In this document: in pieces, positions 50,239 to 61,028 of the stretch
Layout of the letters: each line of letters starts with the position of its first letter
Position numbering within the stretch: the first letter of the stretch is position 1
Assembly (NCBI GenBank): GCA_963725865.1
Contig: CAVSAC010000009.1
Coordinates: forward strand, 32,001-96,000
DNA length: 64,000 bases
Source of the DNA: Candidatus Eiseniibacteriota bacterium
GTDB lineage: Bacteria; Eisenbacteria; RBG-16-71-46
Reading direction: 5' to 3'
Program-made: the position numbers and the translations under genes
The notes under the pieces: model-generated
Seen by the model: only the letters and a program-made list of their open reading frames with translations
Database searches by the model: none
What the model was told of the DNA's origin: nothing

Positions 50239-52242
50239 ATGCGCATCACGACCACGGCCCTCGCCGCGGGCGTCCTGATCCTGCTCGCCGCGCCCGCGCC
50301 GGCCGGCGCAGCGACCCGCTCGGTCACCGGCTGGACCGGCGGCGGCGTGCCGGTGTGCACCGCGCCCGGCGACCAGCCCGAGACCTGGGCCGCCACCGAC
50401 GGCGCCGCCGGCCTGTTCGTCGCCTGGAACGACGCGCGCCCCACCGCACCGGGCATCTACCTGCAGCGCCTCGACGCCGCGGGCGACGTGGCGGCCGGCT
50501 GGCCGCTCGACGGCCTGCGGGTGTGCGGGGTCACGCCCGCACCCACCCTCACCAGCCTGATCGCCGATGACGCCGGGGGCGTGTACCTGGCGTGGGACGA
50601 CGTCCGCAACGGTCCCGCCAGCGACGTCTATGCCCAGCACATCGACGCCGCGGGCCAGCGCGTCCTCGGCTGGCCGGCGGACGGCCTGGCGGTGTGCGAC
50701 ACCACCGATGACCAGTCGGGGGCGGGGATCGTGTCCGACGGCGCGGGCGGAGCGATCCTCGTGTGGCGCGACGCGCGCGACCGCGCCACCTCGGCGCACG
50801 ACCTGTACGCGCTGCGCCTCGCCGGCGACGGCGCCCGGGTCGCGGGCTGGCCGCACCAGGGCGTCCCGGTCTCACGCGCCGCGAGCGACCAGAGCGGCAT
50901 CGACGCCGTCACCGACGGGCAGGGTGGCGTCTACGTGCTGTGGAGCGACGATGCTGCCGGCCCCGCGCTGTGGGCGCAGCACCTGGACTCCGCCGGCGCT
51001 CCCGGCTCGGCCTGGCCCGCGGATGGCCTCGCGCTGGTGACGCTCGATCCCGGGGTCACCCTCCAGGACGCGGCGATGCTGGCCGACAGCGGCACGGCGA
51101 ACGTGGTGTGGCGGGACGACCGCGCCAGCGGCGCGGGCCCGGGCTTCTACGCGCTCGGCGTCGACACCGACGGCGCGGTCGCACCCGCCGGCGGCCAGCT
51201 CGTGCTCGCCACGGGCCCGTCGACCAACGCCATGATCGCGGTGTCCGACAGCGCCGGCGGCACGGTGATGGTGTGGCTCGACTTCACCCTGCCCGCGACG
51301 CTGTCGATGAAGGCGCTGCGCCTGCGGCACGACGGCGTGCCGCTGGCCGGCTGGCCGGCCTCGGGCGTCGAGATCGCGCAGGCCACGGTGCTCCCGCTCT
51401 ACTTCAGCGTGGTGGCCGACGGCGGCGGCGGCGCGTTCGTGACCTGGGCCGACGATCGCGACGCGAGCGGGCCCGGCGACTACGACGTCTTCGCCCAGCA
51501 CGTGCTCGGCAGCGGCGCGCTCGCCACCGGCTGGACGCTCGCCGGTGCCGCGGTCGCCACCGGGCCGCTCGCCCAGCTCGGCATGGACATCACCGGCGAC
51601 GGCGGCGGCGGCGCGCTGGTGGCGTGGGCTCAGGGTCCGGCCGGCGGCGAGCACGACCTGTACGCCGCGCACCTCGCGGCCGACGGCACGGTGCCGGTGC
51701 TGGCGAGCGTGGTGAGCGCCGAGGTGGTGCTCGGCCATCCCCGCATCGTGTGGCAGCTGGGTGCCGCGAGCGCGTCGGTCGGCGTCGAGCGTCGCGCCCC
51801 CGGCGACGCGTGGGTGGCGCTCGGCGCGGTGACGCCCGACGGCGAGCGCCGCGTGCGCTGGGAGGACGCCGATGCGGCGCCCGGCGCCACCTACGACTAC
51901 CGCCTCGCGCTGCGCGACGCCTCCGGCGCGCCCGCGAGCGCGGGCGAGGTGCGGGTCGCGGTGCCGATCGTGGCGAGCCGGCTCGCGCTGTCGCGCATCG
52001 CGCCCAACCCGGCGCGCGACGCGGTGACCGTGACGCTCGCCGCGCGGAGCGACGTGCCGTGCACGGTCGAGCTGCTCGACCTCTCCGGCCGCCGCCTGCG
52101 CTCGGTCGCGCTCGCCGCGGCGCGCGGGCCCGCGCGCGAGGCGCGCTTCGAGCGGCTCGAGGCGCTGCCGGCGGGGCTCTACTTCGTGAGGGTGACGCAG
52201 GCCGGCGAGGTGCGCCTCGGCCGCGTGGCGCTGGTGCGGTAG
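50239..52242 (+). CDS. Secreted internal-repeat (beta-propeller-like) protein with FlgD-Ig/T9SS-CTD-like tail
   Basis: Signal peptide; repeated DGAGG...W.D.R...YAQH...GWP..G units; PNP...GRRL...GLYFVR. Confidence 0.85.
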   Translation: MRITTTALAAGVLILLAAPAPAGAATRSVTGWTGGGVPVCTAPGDQPETWAATDGAAGLFVAWNDARPTAPGIYLQRLDAAGDVAAGWPLDGLRVCGVTPAPTLTSLIADDAGGVYLAWDDVRNGPASDVYAQHIDAAGQRVLGWPADGLAVCDTTDDQSGAGIVSDGAGGAILVWRDARDRATSAHDLYALRLAGDGARVAGWPHQGVPVSRAASDQSGIDAVTDGQGGVYVLWSDDAAGPALWAQHLDSAGAPGSAWPADGLALVTLDPGVTLQDAAMLADSGTANVVWRDDRASGAGPGFYALGVDTDGAVAPAGGQLVLATGPSTNAMIAVSDSAGGTVMVWLDFTLPATLSMKALRLRHDGVPLAGWPASGVEIAQATVLPLYFSVVADGGGGAFVTWADDRDASGPGDYDVFAQHVLGSGALATGWTLAGAAVATGPLAQLGMDITGDGGGGALVAWAQGPAGGEHDLYAAHLAADGTVPVLASVVSAEVVLGHPRIVWQLGAASASVGVERRAPGDAWVALGAVTPDGERRVRWEDADAAPGATYDYRLALRDASGAPASAGEVRVAVPIVASRLALSRIAPNPARDAVTVTLAARSDVPCTVELLDLSGRRLRSVALAAARGPAREARFERLEALPAGLYFVRVTQAGEVRLGRVALVR

Positions 52243-52257
52243 CGCTCGAGGGAGTGA

Positions 52258-52293
52258 CCCGGGGGCCGGGCGCGTGCGCGTCCGGCCCCCGGG
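52258..52293. terminator. Hairpin between convergent genes
   Basis: cccgggggccgg/ccggcccccggg stem. Confidence 0.6.
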
Positions 52294-52296
52294 ATC

Positions 52297-53539
52297 TCAG
52301 GCGCCGGCGACCACCTGCTGCTCGCGCGCCAGCAGCTCGACCACGTCGGCGACCTGGCGGTAGCCGGTCTCGAGCAGGAACGAGTCGTAGCGGGCGTACG
52401 ACTTGGCGCCGAGGATGAAGAAGTCGGGCTCGGGATTGCGCAGCACCTCGGCGCCGAACGCCGGCACCGTGGTGCAGTCGGCGCCGCCGCCCATCGCGCC
52501 CAGCAGCGCGGCCGAGAGCTTCATCGGGCCGCGCGAGGCGTAGCACTCGTGCACCTGCAGCTCGCGGTAGAGCGAGTCGTCGGGGCCGAAGCCGGTGTTC
52601 ACGATCACCTGGTCGACCTCCTCGAGCCGCGTCTGATCGCCGCTCACCAGCTGCACGCGGTAGCGGTGGGTCGCCGAGTTGAATTCGAGGCCCTCGACCT
52701 CGACCCCGCCGATGTGGCTGACCGCGGGGTGCGCCCCGCGCACCAGCTCGCGCGCCCGCGCGTGCAGCGCCGCCCGGGCCGGCAGCGTGTCGCCGGCGAT
52801 GCCGGCGTAGAGCGCGTCGGCCGCGGCGCGCGTCGCCCACGCGCAGGTGGTGCCCGGCGCCGCGTCGGCGAGCGTGGCCAGGTCGGCGACCACCGTCGCG
52901 GCGCTGGCCCCGCCGCCGATCACCAGCGTGCGCTTGCCGGCGTAGCGCGCGCGGCGCAGGCCCAGCACGTCGTCGAGGTGGTAGGAGATCTGCGGCGCCA
53001 GGTAGAGCTCGCCGCGCGCCGGGATGCCGCCGGTGCCGGCCCAGTTGCGGGCTGCCGTAGGTGCCAGAGGCGTCGATGACCGAGAACGCGTGGAGGAAGT
53101 TCTCGCGCCCGCCGGCGTCGCGCACCAGCAGGCGGAACGGCCGCTCGCGCCGCGCCTGATCGCCGAGCAGCTCGGCCTTGAGCGCGCCGCGGCGGCTCAT
53201 GTGCACCACCTGCGCGTGCGTGTGCACGCGGTTCTCGAGCTCGGCGAGCGCCGCGAGCGGCTGCAGGTAGCGCTCCGCCAGCTCGATCCCGGTCGGGCAC
53301 TCGTCCGCCGCCGGCGCGCTCCAGCCGGCACGCTCGAGGTGCGCGCGCGAGGCCGCGCCCAGGTTCATGCGCCACGGCGTGAACATGCGCACGTGGCCCC
53401 ACGCGATCGGATGCGCGCCGGGCTCGCCGCGCTCGAAGACGTGCACGTCGAAGCCGCGGTCGAGAGCGGCGAGAGCGGCTTCGAGCCCGATGGGGCCGGC
53501 ACCGACGATGGCGAGCGAGTTGCGGGACGGCAGGGGCAT
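52297..53539 (-). CDS. FAD/NAD(P)-dependent oxidoreductase (flavoprotein monooxygenase-like); indel near 53045
   Basis: GAGPIG, WGHVRMFTPW, DASGT, GGGASA, NTGF, GAKSY. Confidence 0.85.
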
Positions 53540-53808
53540 GGCGATCGGGATCCGAGCGGCGGGGTGAGCGTGCGAGCGACCGGGGACGCAATGTAGGGGT
53601 GGGATGGGCCGATGGGCAAGCCGGACGCGGTCCGGGCGCCCCGGAGCGTCGCAGCCCGGCCCCGGGGCTGGCTTGACGCCGCGGCGCCCCGCGACGTTCA
53701 CTGCTGGCGCGTGCGGCCACTGCCCGGCTCCCCTCGGCGAGATCGTGCCCCACGCCACGGAGTCCCCCGACCCGGTCTCGAGCGCCGTCTCGAACGGAGG
53801 CCACCCCC

Positions 53809-55920
53809 ATCCGTCGCACCCCGTCGTCCTGGTCCTGTCTCCTCCTGTTGTCGCTCGTTCCCGGCCCGGCGTCGGCGCTCCAGCTCCAGTGGAGCTCGGG
53901 AGCCACGTCGCTGGACTTCACCGCTGCCACGCGATGCACGCTGGTGGTCCGGGCGGGGTCCACCGAAGCCCGGCTGCCGTCGCAATGGCGTCTGCTGTGG
54001 GTCAGCGACGACTGCGACCTCGCACCGCTCGCGCTGCCAGCGCGGACCGCGTGCCGGCAGGACGCCGCCGCGGCGCCCTCGGCCGGCACTCCCGGGGCCG
54101 GCAACGCCACGTCGGTCCGCATGCCGACCGCCGAGTCCCGCGGCACGGGTGACGCCGTCTCGAGCGCGCCGAGCTGCGTCTTCGACCTGCCGGCCGGCGC
54201 GCGCGGGCGGATCAAGGTCGTGGCGCTCGATCCGGCGGACCCGGGCCGGCGCCGGGTGCTCGAGTCGAACGAGGTGGTCTTCAACGGCGGCGTGAGCGGC
54301 CCCTACCCGCCGGCGATCCTGCGCACGACCACCGTGCACCGGTCCACCGAGTTCCGCCTCGACCTCACCGGCGTGGGCCTCGGTGGTGTGGACGCGCTCT
54401 CGCTCGCGCTCGCGGCCGCGGATGGATCGTGGCGACAGCCGCTCGACATCGCGAGCCGCAGCGACACCGCCATCGTCGCGTACGCCGCCCTCGCCGCGAG
54501 CGTGCCGGACTGCGTCGTCCGGTTGGAGTCGGCCGCGAGCGGCGTCACCGTGGCCACGGTCGAGGCCGACCCGCCGCCTCCGGCGATCGAGTCACCCGAG
54601 GCCTCGACCTGCCTGACCGGCAGGTTCGAGGAGTCCTATCCGGGGCACGCCCCCGATCTGATCCAGCCACGGGACTTCGCGTTCGTCCTCGGCGGATGGT
54701 CGCCCGATGGCGCCTGGAGCTTCCATCTCTTCTACGGCCGCCTGAACCAGTACTCGAACGACACCGAGACGAACATCGGGCATGCCGTCTCCAACAACCT
54801 GGCCAACTCGAGCTGGGTCGTGCTCGACACGGCGGTGGTCAGGACCCGGGGGGCGAGCTTCGACAGCCTGCGGGTATGGGCGCCCTCCGTCGTCCAGAAG
54901 GGCCTGACCTACTACATGTTCTACGCGGCCAAGGACGCGGAACACCACCAGCGCATCGGGCTCGCGACCTCGACCGATCTGATCCGGTGGACGCAGCGTG
55001 ACAGCAGCGTCCTCGATGCCGTCACGCTCGCTCAGCGCGATGGCTGGGTGGATCCCGCGCCCGAGGGCTACCGTCATCAGGCGCAGCTGCGGGATCCGTT
55101 CGTGATGCCGGATCCCGCCGTGCCCGGCGACTGGCTGATGTACTTCGTCACCGTGCCGACCCGCTACGCACCGGACATGGTGGTGGGCGTGGCCCGCTCC
55201 CACGGGGACCTGACGAGATGGGAGGACTCCTTCGCGCTCTGGAGTACCCACCACCACTGGGGCGGAGGCGCGACCTACTACGTGGAGTCGGTGCACGCCT
55301 TCGAGCGCGGCGGGAAGTGGTGGCTGTTCTACACCGTCGATCACGATTCGGTGTGGGCGCAGTCGCACCCGACCGACCCGAGCGATCCCGACAGCACCCA
55401 CTGGAGTCAGGCGCAGAAGCTGACGACCCTGGTCCCGCCCGCCCAGGCGGACTCCTTCCTCTACTGGCACGCGACCGAGTACCTGCAGGTCAGTGCGTCG
55501 CGGAACATCGCCTACCTCGCGGCCTGGAACGACCTGCGGGTCGAGATCAGCTACACCCAGATGCGGACGTCGAGTCCGGCGTACCTGTTCAGCATGGATT
55601 GCCTGAGCGTCGCCGACGTGGGCGATGCCGCCCCTGGCGTGTCGGCCCCGCGTCTGATGCTGGCCGGCGTGAGTCCGGCACGGTCCCGCGTCGACCTGCG
55701 GATCGCGCTACCGGAACGGATGCGGGTCCACCTCGCGATCTACGACCTGATGGGACGCCGCCTCGCCACGCTGGCAGACGGGAGCCTGCCCGCGGGGGTG
55801 AGCGATCTGCGATGGGATGGACGGGATCGCGCCGGTGCCGAGGTGAGGAGCGGCGTGTACTTCGCGCGCCTGACCACCACTTCGTCGCAACAGTCGGTGC
55901 GCGTGGCGCTGATCCGCTGA
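53809..55920 (+). CDS. Secreted five-bladed beta-propeller glycoside hydrolase (GH32/clan GH-J-like) with FlgD-Ig-like tail, paralog 1
   Basis: PRDF, WAPSV, RDPFV and VES motifs; WDGRD..G..V.SGVYF tail; ATC start inferred from alignment with the paralog. Confidence 0.8.
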   Translation: MRRTPSSWSCLLLLSLVPGPASALQLQWSSGATSLDFTAATRCTLVVRAGSTEARLPSQWRLLWVSDDCDLAPLALPARTACRQDAAAAPSAGTPGAGNATSVRMPTAESRGTGDAVSSAPSCVFDLPAGARGRIKVVALDPADPGRRRVLESNEVVFNGGVSGPYPPAILRTTTVHRSTEFRLDLTGVGLGGVDALSLALAAADGSWRQPLDIASRSDTAIVAYAALAASVPDCVVRLESAASGVTVATVEADPPPPAIESPEASTCLTGRFEESYPGHAPDLIQPRDFAFVLGGWSPDGAWSFHLFYGRLNQYSNDTETNIGHAVSNNLANSSWVVLDTAVVRTRGASFDSLRVWAPSVVQKGLTYYMFYAAKDAEHHQRIGLATSTDLIRWTQRDSSVLDAVTLAQRDGWVDPAPEGYRHQAQLRDPFVMPDPAVPGDWLMYFVTVPTRYAPDMVVGVARSHGDLTRWEDSFALWSTHHHWGGGATYYVESVHAFERGGKWWLFYTVDHDSVWAQSHPTDPSDPDSTHWSQAQKLTTLVPPAQADSFLYWHATEYLQVSASRNIAYLAAWNDLRVEISYTQMRTSSPAYLFSMDCLSVADVGDAAPGVSAPRLMLAGVSPARSRVDLRIALPERMRVHLAIYDLMGRRLATLADGSLPAGVSDLRWDGRDRAGAEVRSGVYFARLTTTSSQQSVRVALIR

Positions 55921-55945
55921 TACGGAGCGACCCCAGTCAACGCAA

Positions 55946-56209
55946 GAGTTCGTCTCTTGGCGGCCACCCCTCGGGGTGGCCGCGGGTGTTTGCGGCATCT
56001 GTTGCTCAAGGACGACGAACTCGTGGGTGCGCGATACCACTCGGTGCCTCGCTCGAGGGGACCTGAGTCGACCTTAGGTCGCGAGGTCCATGGAGCCCGC
56101 GGTGAGGCGGCCGCATCGCCGCTCGGGCACCGCGCTCGATCTGGAGTGACACGTCGCAGTGCTGCTGGACTGCGCGCCTAGGCCGGTGGGTGCAGAGCAG
56201 GTGTCACTC
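55946..56209. other. Cluster of intergenic stem-loops
   Basis: gagttcgtc/gacgaactc enclosing gcggccacccc/ggggtggccgc; gacctgag/cttaggtc; gagtgacac/gtgtcactc enclosing cgcagt/actgcg. Confidence 0.6.
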
Positions 56210-56473
56210 GATGCCACGGTTTGCTGGCGGGGTTCCACTTCGGCCGACTCGAAGCCGCCGCGAGACTTCGTGGTGCCGTAGCAAGTGGGCGAGCAGGTGG
56301 GCATTGCAAGATGTCTGAATATCGCCCAGATACCGCTTGACGCCCCCCCGCCCGGAAGGTGTTGACTCCGGATGTGCGAGGCCTCCGCCCGCGTCCCCAC
56401 CACGAGACCGTGCCCCACACCACTGGGTTCCCCAAGTCGGTCTCGAACGCCGTCTCGAATGGAGGCCACGACC

Positions 56474-58536
56474 ATGGGCCGCATCCCATCGCATTGGTAT
56501 GCTCTTCTCATGCTGTTGCTTGTCCCGAGGTCATCGTCGGCGATCCAGCTGCAGTGGGGCTCGGGGAGTACCTCCCTGAACTTCACGAGTGCCACCCGAT
56601 GCACCCTGGTCGTTCGAGCGGATTCCACCGAAGCGCGACTTCCGTCGGAGTGGCGGCTTCAATGGGTCACCGAGAGTTGCGACGTCCAGTGCTTGCCACT
56701 GAGTCCTGCGACCAAGTGCGACCACGCGGTGGCGGAAGTGGCGGACCTCGAAGGTCCTGCGACCAGCGCGGACTCCGCCGCGCACATGCCCACCGTCCGA
56801 TTCTGCTCGACAGGAGAAGCGGCCGCGATGGCCGCGCGGTACGTGTTCGACTTGCCGGGCGGGGCTCGAGCTCGGTTCGGCGTGGTGGCGATTGCTCCGT
56901 CGTCTGGCGACGGGGTCATTGAGTCGAACGAGGCCCTCGCCAACGGGGGCGTGATCGCCACGTACCCGCCGGCCCTCCTGCGCGTCAACACGGTGCATGG
57001 ATCCACCGCATACCGCCTTGACGCCGTGGGCATTGGACTGGCGGGAGCACTTTCGCTGGCACTGAGGGCGTCCGACGGGTCATGGTCGCAGCCGCTCGCT
57101 ATCACGGACCAGACCGACGGGAGCATCTCAGCGCAAGCATCGCTTGCGGCCAATGTGCCGGCGTGCGGCGTGGAGCTGGTGGGCGAAGGGGAGACGGTCG
57201 CGAGTGCGACCTTGCAGGCCGAGCCCGAGCCGCAGTTGTTGGCCCCGGAGAGCGGCTGCATGCAGAGCTTCTCCGAGCGGGTGTTCGAGGATCGGTATAA
57301 GATCCAGCCCAAGGATTTCGCGTTCGTGCTCGGCGGCTGGACGCCTTCGGGGTTGTGGACGTTCCATCTCTTCTACATCAGGCAGAACCAATTCACACTA
57401 GCCGACACGAACATCGTCGGGCGTGAGGATTCGACTGCCTGGAATATCGGCCACGCGGTCTCGAACAACCTGGATGATTGGCCAGCGGCCGACATCGACA
57501 CCGCTGCAATCAAGACCCGCGCTGGCCGATTCGACAGCCGTACGTTTGGGCACCCAGCATCGTGAAGCGCGGCCTGACGTACTTTATGTTCTACACCGGC
57601 GTCGACGATGTCGGTCAGCAGCGGATCGGGCTCGCCACCTCGACCGACCTGGTGTCGTGGGCGCAGGGCGACAGCATCTATGACGTCCCGAGGGCGGGCG
57701 ACTGGATCGAGCCGACGACCAAGGACTTCCGCGATCCGTTCGTGATGGCGGACCCGAATGCTCCTGGAGAGTGGCTCATGTACTTCGCCGCAGGCGTCGA
57801 CACGAATCGAACGCTCGTGACCGGCGTGGCGAGGTCGCGCGGTGACTTCACCCAGTGGCTACCATCCGACGCCCTCTGGGCCACTCGGCATCCGCATCCC
57901 AGGGTCGAGTCGCCGCACGTGTTCGAGCGACAGAGCAAGTGGTGGCTCCTCTACACCTCGAGCGACACAGTCTACGCCGTGTCGACCCCAGGAAGCCCGT
58001 CGGACACGACCACGACGAACTGGAGCGCTCCGGCCCGACTTCAGTCGCTGGTCGTCGATCACCCGGGCATCTACTACAACTGGCACGCGACCGAATACCT
58101 CGAGGTCAGCGCGGCGAACGACATCCGCTACCTAGCCGCCTACAACGACTACCCCATGTCCATCAGCATCACCCAGATGCGCCCGGCGAGTCCGCCTTAC
58201 CTGTTCAAGGACGGCTGCCCGTCTGCAGCAAGTGTGGACGAACCCGCTTCGAGCGTCCTGGAGCCTCGGCTCTTGCTTGTGGGGGCACGGCCTGCGAACT
58301 CGCACGCGAAGTTCCGGATCGAACTCCCGGCGCGGATGTTCGCGCGTCTCGCGGTTTACGACGTGCTCGGTCGACGTGTGAGGACCCTCGCGGATCGGGA
58401 GCTGGCAGCCGGGAGGACGGACCTAGAGTGGGACGGGACCAACGAGAGCGGAAGCCGGATCGGGAGTGGCGTCTACTTCATCCATCTCGCCTCGGACTCG
58501 TTCCGGCGCACCATCCGACTGCCGCTGGTCAGATGA
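56474..58536 (+). CDS. GH32/clan GH-J-like secreted hydrolase with FlgD-Ig-like tail, paralog 2 (indel near 57545)
   Basis: Colinear with paralog 1; PKDF, WAPSI, RDPFV, VESP. Confidence 0.82.
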
Positions 58537-61028
58537 GTCGTTTGACGCCGGTCTCGCACACCGCAATCGGAGTGGCCCTCACGCTGCTGCTCGGTGCGAC
58601 GACCGCCTTCGCCCAGTACGTCGACTCGAGCGTCTGGGGAACCGACGGGGTGGTGACGAAGGTCCTGCGGTCCGGCAACACGCTTTACGTGTCCGGGTCG
58701 TTCAGCCACGTGGGTCCGAACTCGGGGGGCGGTGTCGAGGTCGACGACGTCAGGGGCGAACCGACAGGCCGACTTCCGAAGGTGGCGGGAGTCGTCGAGG
58801 TGGTGATCCCCGATGGTGCCGGTGGCTGGTTCATCGGGGGCGCCTTCGCAGGGGTCGGCGGACTGGCGAGGCGAAACCTCGCTCACATTCTGTCGAACGG
58901 AAGCGTCGACGGGTGGACCCCGGATCCGGATGAGCCGGTCGAGGCGATGGCGATCGGTGGAAAGACCCTGTATGTCGGGGGCAGTTTCCAGAGGATCTCT
59001 GGCGTGCCCCGGGCCTACCTGGCTGCGTTCGACCTCGGGACGGGCCAGATGCTGGCGTGGGACCCCGCTCCCGACCGTCGGGTTCGTGCCTTGGTGTGCG
59101 GGTCTTGGCAGCTCTACGTGGGCGGGGACTTCGCGACGCTTGGAACTCAGACACGATGGAGTCTGGCCGAGATCGACCGCTCGACTGGAAGCGTCACCGA
59201 CTGGGATCTTCGGATTGGATCCTTGACTGGCCCGGGATCTGTCCGTGCGCTGGCGCTCTCGGGGGACACGCTCTTTGTCGGTGGGATGATCGCCGCCATG
59301 CAAGCCATCTCACGGTTTCACCTTGGTGCTCTGGATTGCAGCAACCGCATCCTACTGGAGTGGAATCCCCGAGTGACATCCCCGACCGGGGACATGTACT
59401 TCGGAAACGGCTACGTGTCGGCACTCGCGTTCCGACCCGATGCGGTGCTGGTCGGTGGACACTTCACGGGAGTTGGTGGCGAAGTTCGCGCTGGGCTCGC
59501 GATGGTCGATCGAGCCAGCGGGCTGGTGACGGCTTGGAGCCCCAGCTTCAACTCGACGTCTAGTGATGGCTCCGCCGACATCACGTCGATCGCGGTCGAC
59601 GGGGACTCCGCGTACGTGGCGGGCGGGTTCCTCGGCGTCAACGGGCTGTCGCGGAGCTACAGCGCCAAGCTGGATCTTGGATCCGATGGCGTCTCCGCCT
59701 GGGCCCCGCAACCCACGGACCCAGTCCACGCGATCGCCACTCAGGGAGATGGGGTCTACTTGGGGGGCGTCTTCGCTGGCCTTGGCTCCGAGTGGCGGCG
59801 ACGGATCGACATCGCCGCGTTCGACGCCACCACCGGCGCGGTGAAGGACTGGAACCCGAACCCCGATGGCTTGGACGTTCGCACGATGGCGCTATCCCAT
59901 GGGCGGGTCTATGTCTGCGGATTCTTCGCCTCGATCGGCGGGCAGCCCCGCGATGGATTGGCTGCGCTCGACACGCTCACCGGGGCGGCCACCGCCTGGT
60001 ATCCCGTGACCAACGGCTGGACGAAGACGCTCGAGGTGGTGGGCGACACGCTGTACGTCGGTGGGGCATTCGGGAACGTGAACGGGCAGCCGCGTGGGAG
60101 ACTGGCGTCGTTCGACCTCACCACCGGGATGCTGACGGACTGGGCGCCCGACGCCAACAGCGACGTGTTCGACATCGCGTTGAAGGGGAGTACCGCCTAC
60201 CTCGCAGGCTTCTTCTCGGCTGTCGGCGGTGTGCCGCGTCGTTACGGCCTGGCGGCGGTGGACGCGATCACCGGTCAGTTGCTCGACTGGGATCCACAGC
60301 CCGACAACTGGGCGAACGCGATCGAGATCGTCGACAGCGTGCTTTACGTGGGAGGGGTGTTCAATACCATCGGAGGGCAGCCACGGGTCAACCTCGCGGC
60401 CCTCGACCTCCGGACAGGACTCGCGACCAACTGGCGGGCGGACGCCAATTCGGCGGTGAACACGTTGTTGGTCATGAACGACACGCTCTTCGCCGGTGGG
60501 CTGTTCTTCATCATCGCGGGGCAGCCACGCAACGGCGTCGCCGCGCTCGACCTCCACACGGGAACGCTGCTCGACTGGGACCTCGGCCTCAGCGCGGTCG
60601 AGTACTCGGCGGCCATCCCGCATCCCGTGGTGTACGGACTCACGCTCGCCGATCACACGCTCTACGTCGGCGGGCGATTCGGCCGCGCCGGCGTCGCGCC
60701 CGCCGGCGGCCTGATCGCCTACGCGTTCCGTCCACCGCCGGTCTCCCCGCCACCGCTTCCCACCACCGTGGCGCTGGCACCGATGGCACCCAATCCGGTG
60801 CGCGCAGCCGCCACCATCCGGTATGCGCTGCCCGTCGCAGCCGCGGTGAGTCTCTCGGTGTTCGACATCCAGGGGCGACGGGTTGCCGTGCTGCTCGATC
60901 ATGCGCAGAAGCCCGCCGGCAGGCACGAGGCGTTGCTCGACGCTACGGGCTGGCCCGTAGGGTTCTACTTCTGTCTGCTCGAAACCGGCACGACCAAGGC
61001 GATGAGGAAGTTCGTGGTTCTGAAGTAG
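58533..61028 (+). CDS. Secreted repeat beta-propeller protein with FlgD-Ig/T9SS-CTD-like tail
   Basis: Signal peptide (AFA-Q); many TLYVGG.F..IGG.PR..LAA.D..TG....W.P repeats; ATGA overlap. Confidence 0.88.
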   Translation: MSRLTPVSHTAIGVALTLLLGATTAFAQYVDSSVWGTDGVVTKVLRSGNTLYVSGSFSHVGPNSGGGVEVDDVRGEPTGRLPKVAGVVEVVIPDGAGGWFIGGAFAGVGGLARRNLAHILSNGSVDGWTPDPDEPVEAMAIGGKTLYVGGSFQRISGVPRAYLAAFDLGTGQMLAWDPAPDRRVRALVCGSWQLYVGGDFATLGTQTRWSLAEIDRSTGSVTDWDLRIGSLTGPGSVRALALSGDTLFVGGMIAAMQAISRFHLGALDCSNRILLEWNPRVTSPTGDMYFGNGYVSALAFRPDAVLVGGHFTGVGGEVRAGLAMVDRASGLVTAWSPSFNSTSSDGSADITSIAVDGDSAYVAGGFLGVNGLSRSYSAKLDLGSDGVSAWAPQPTDPVHAIATQGDGVYLGGVFAGLGSEWRRRIDIAAFDATTGAVKDWNPNPDGLDVRTMALSHGRVYVCGFFASIGGQPRDGLAALDTLTGAATAWYPVTNGWTKTLEVVGDTLYVGGAFGNVNGQPRGRLASFDLTTGMLTDWAPDANSDVFDIALKGSTAYLAGFFSAVGGVPRRYGLAAVDAITGQLLDWDPQPDNWANAIEIVDSVLYVGGVFNTIGGQPRVNLAALDLRTGLATNWRADANSAVNTLLVMNDTLFAGGLFFIIAGQPRNGVAALDLHTGTLLDWDLGLSAVEYSAAIPHPVVYGLTLADHTLYVGGRFGRAGVAPAGGLIAYAFRPPPVSPPPLPTTVALAPMAPNPVRAAATIRYALPVAAAVSLSVFDIQGRRVAVLLDHAQKPAGRHEALLDATGWPVGFYFCLLETGTTKAMRKFVVLK

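Noticed and set aside
55933..56033. Integron attC site after paralog 1
   Set aside because: The AAC and stem spacing are suggestive, but the right end reads GTG rather than GTT, RYYYAAC is not matched, and no integrase or second site is present.
58533..61028. CRISPR array or DGR-type repeats
   Set aside because: The repeats are protein-level propeller blades with diverged codons; no reverse transcriptase, cas genes or spacer structure were seen.
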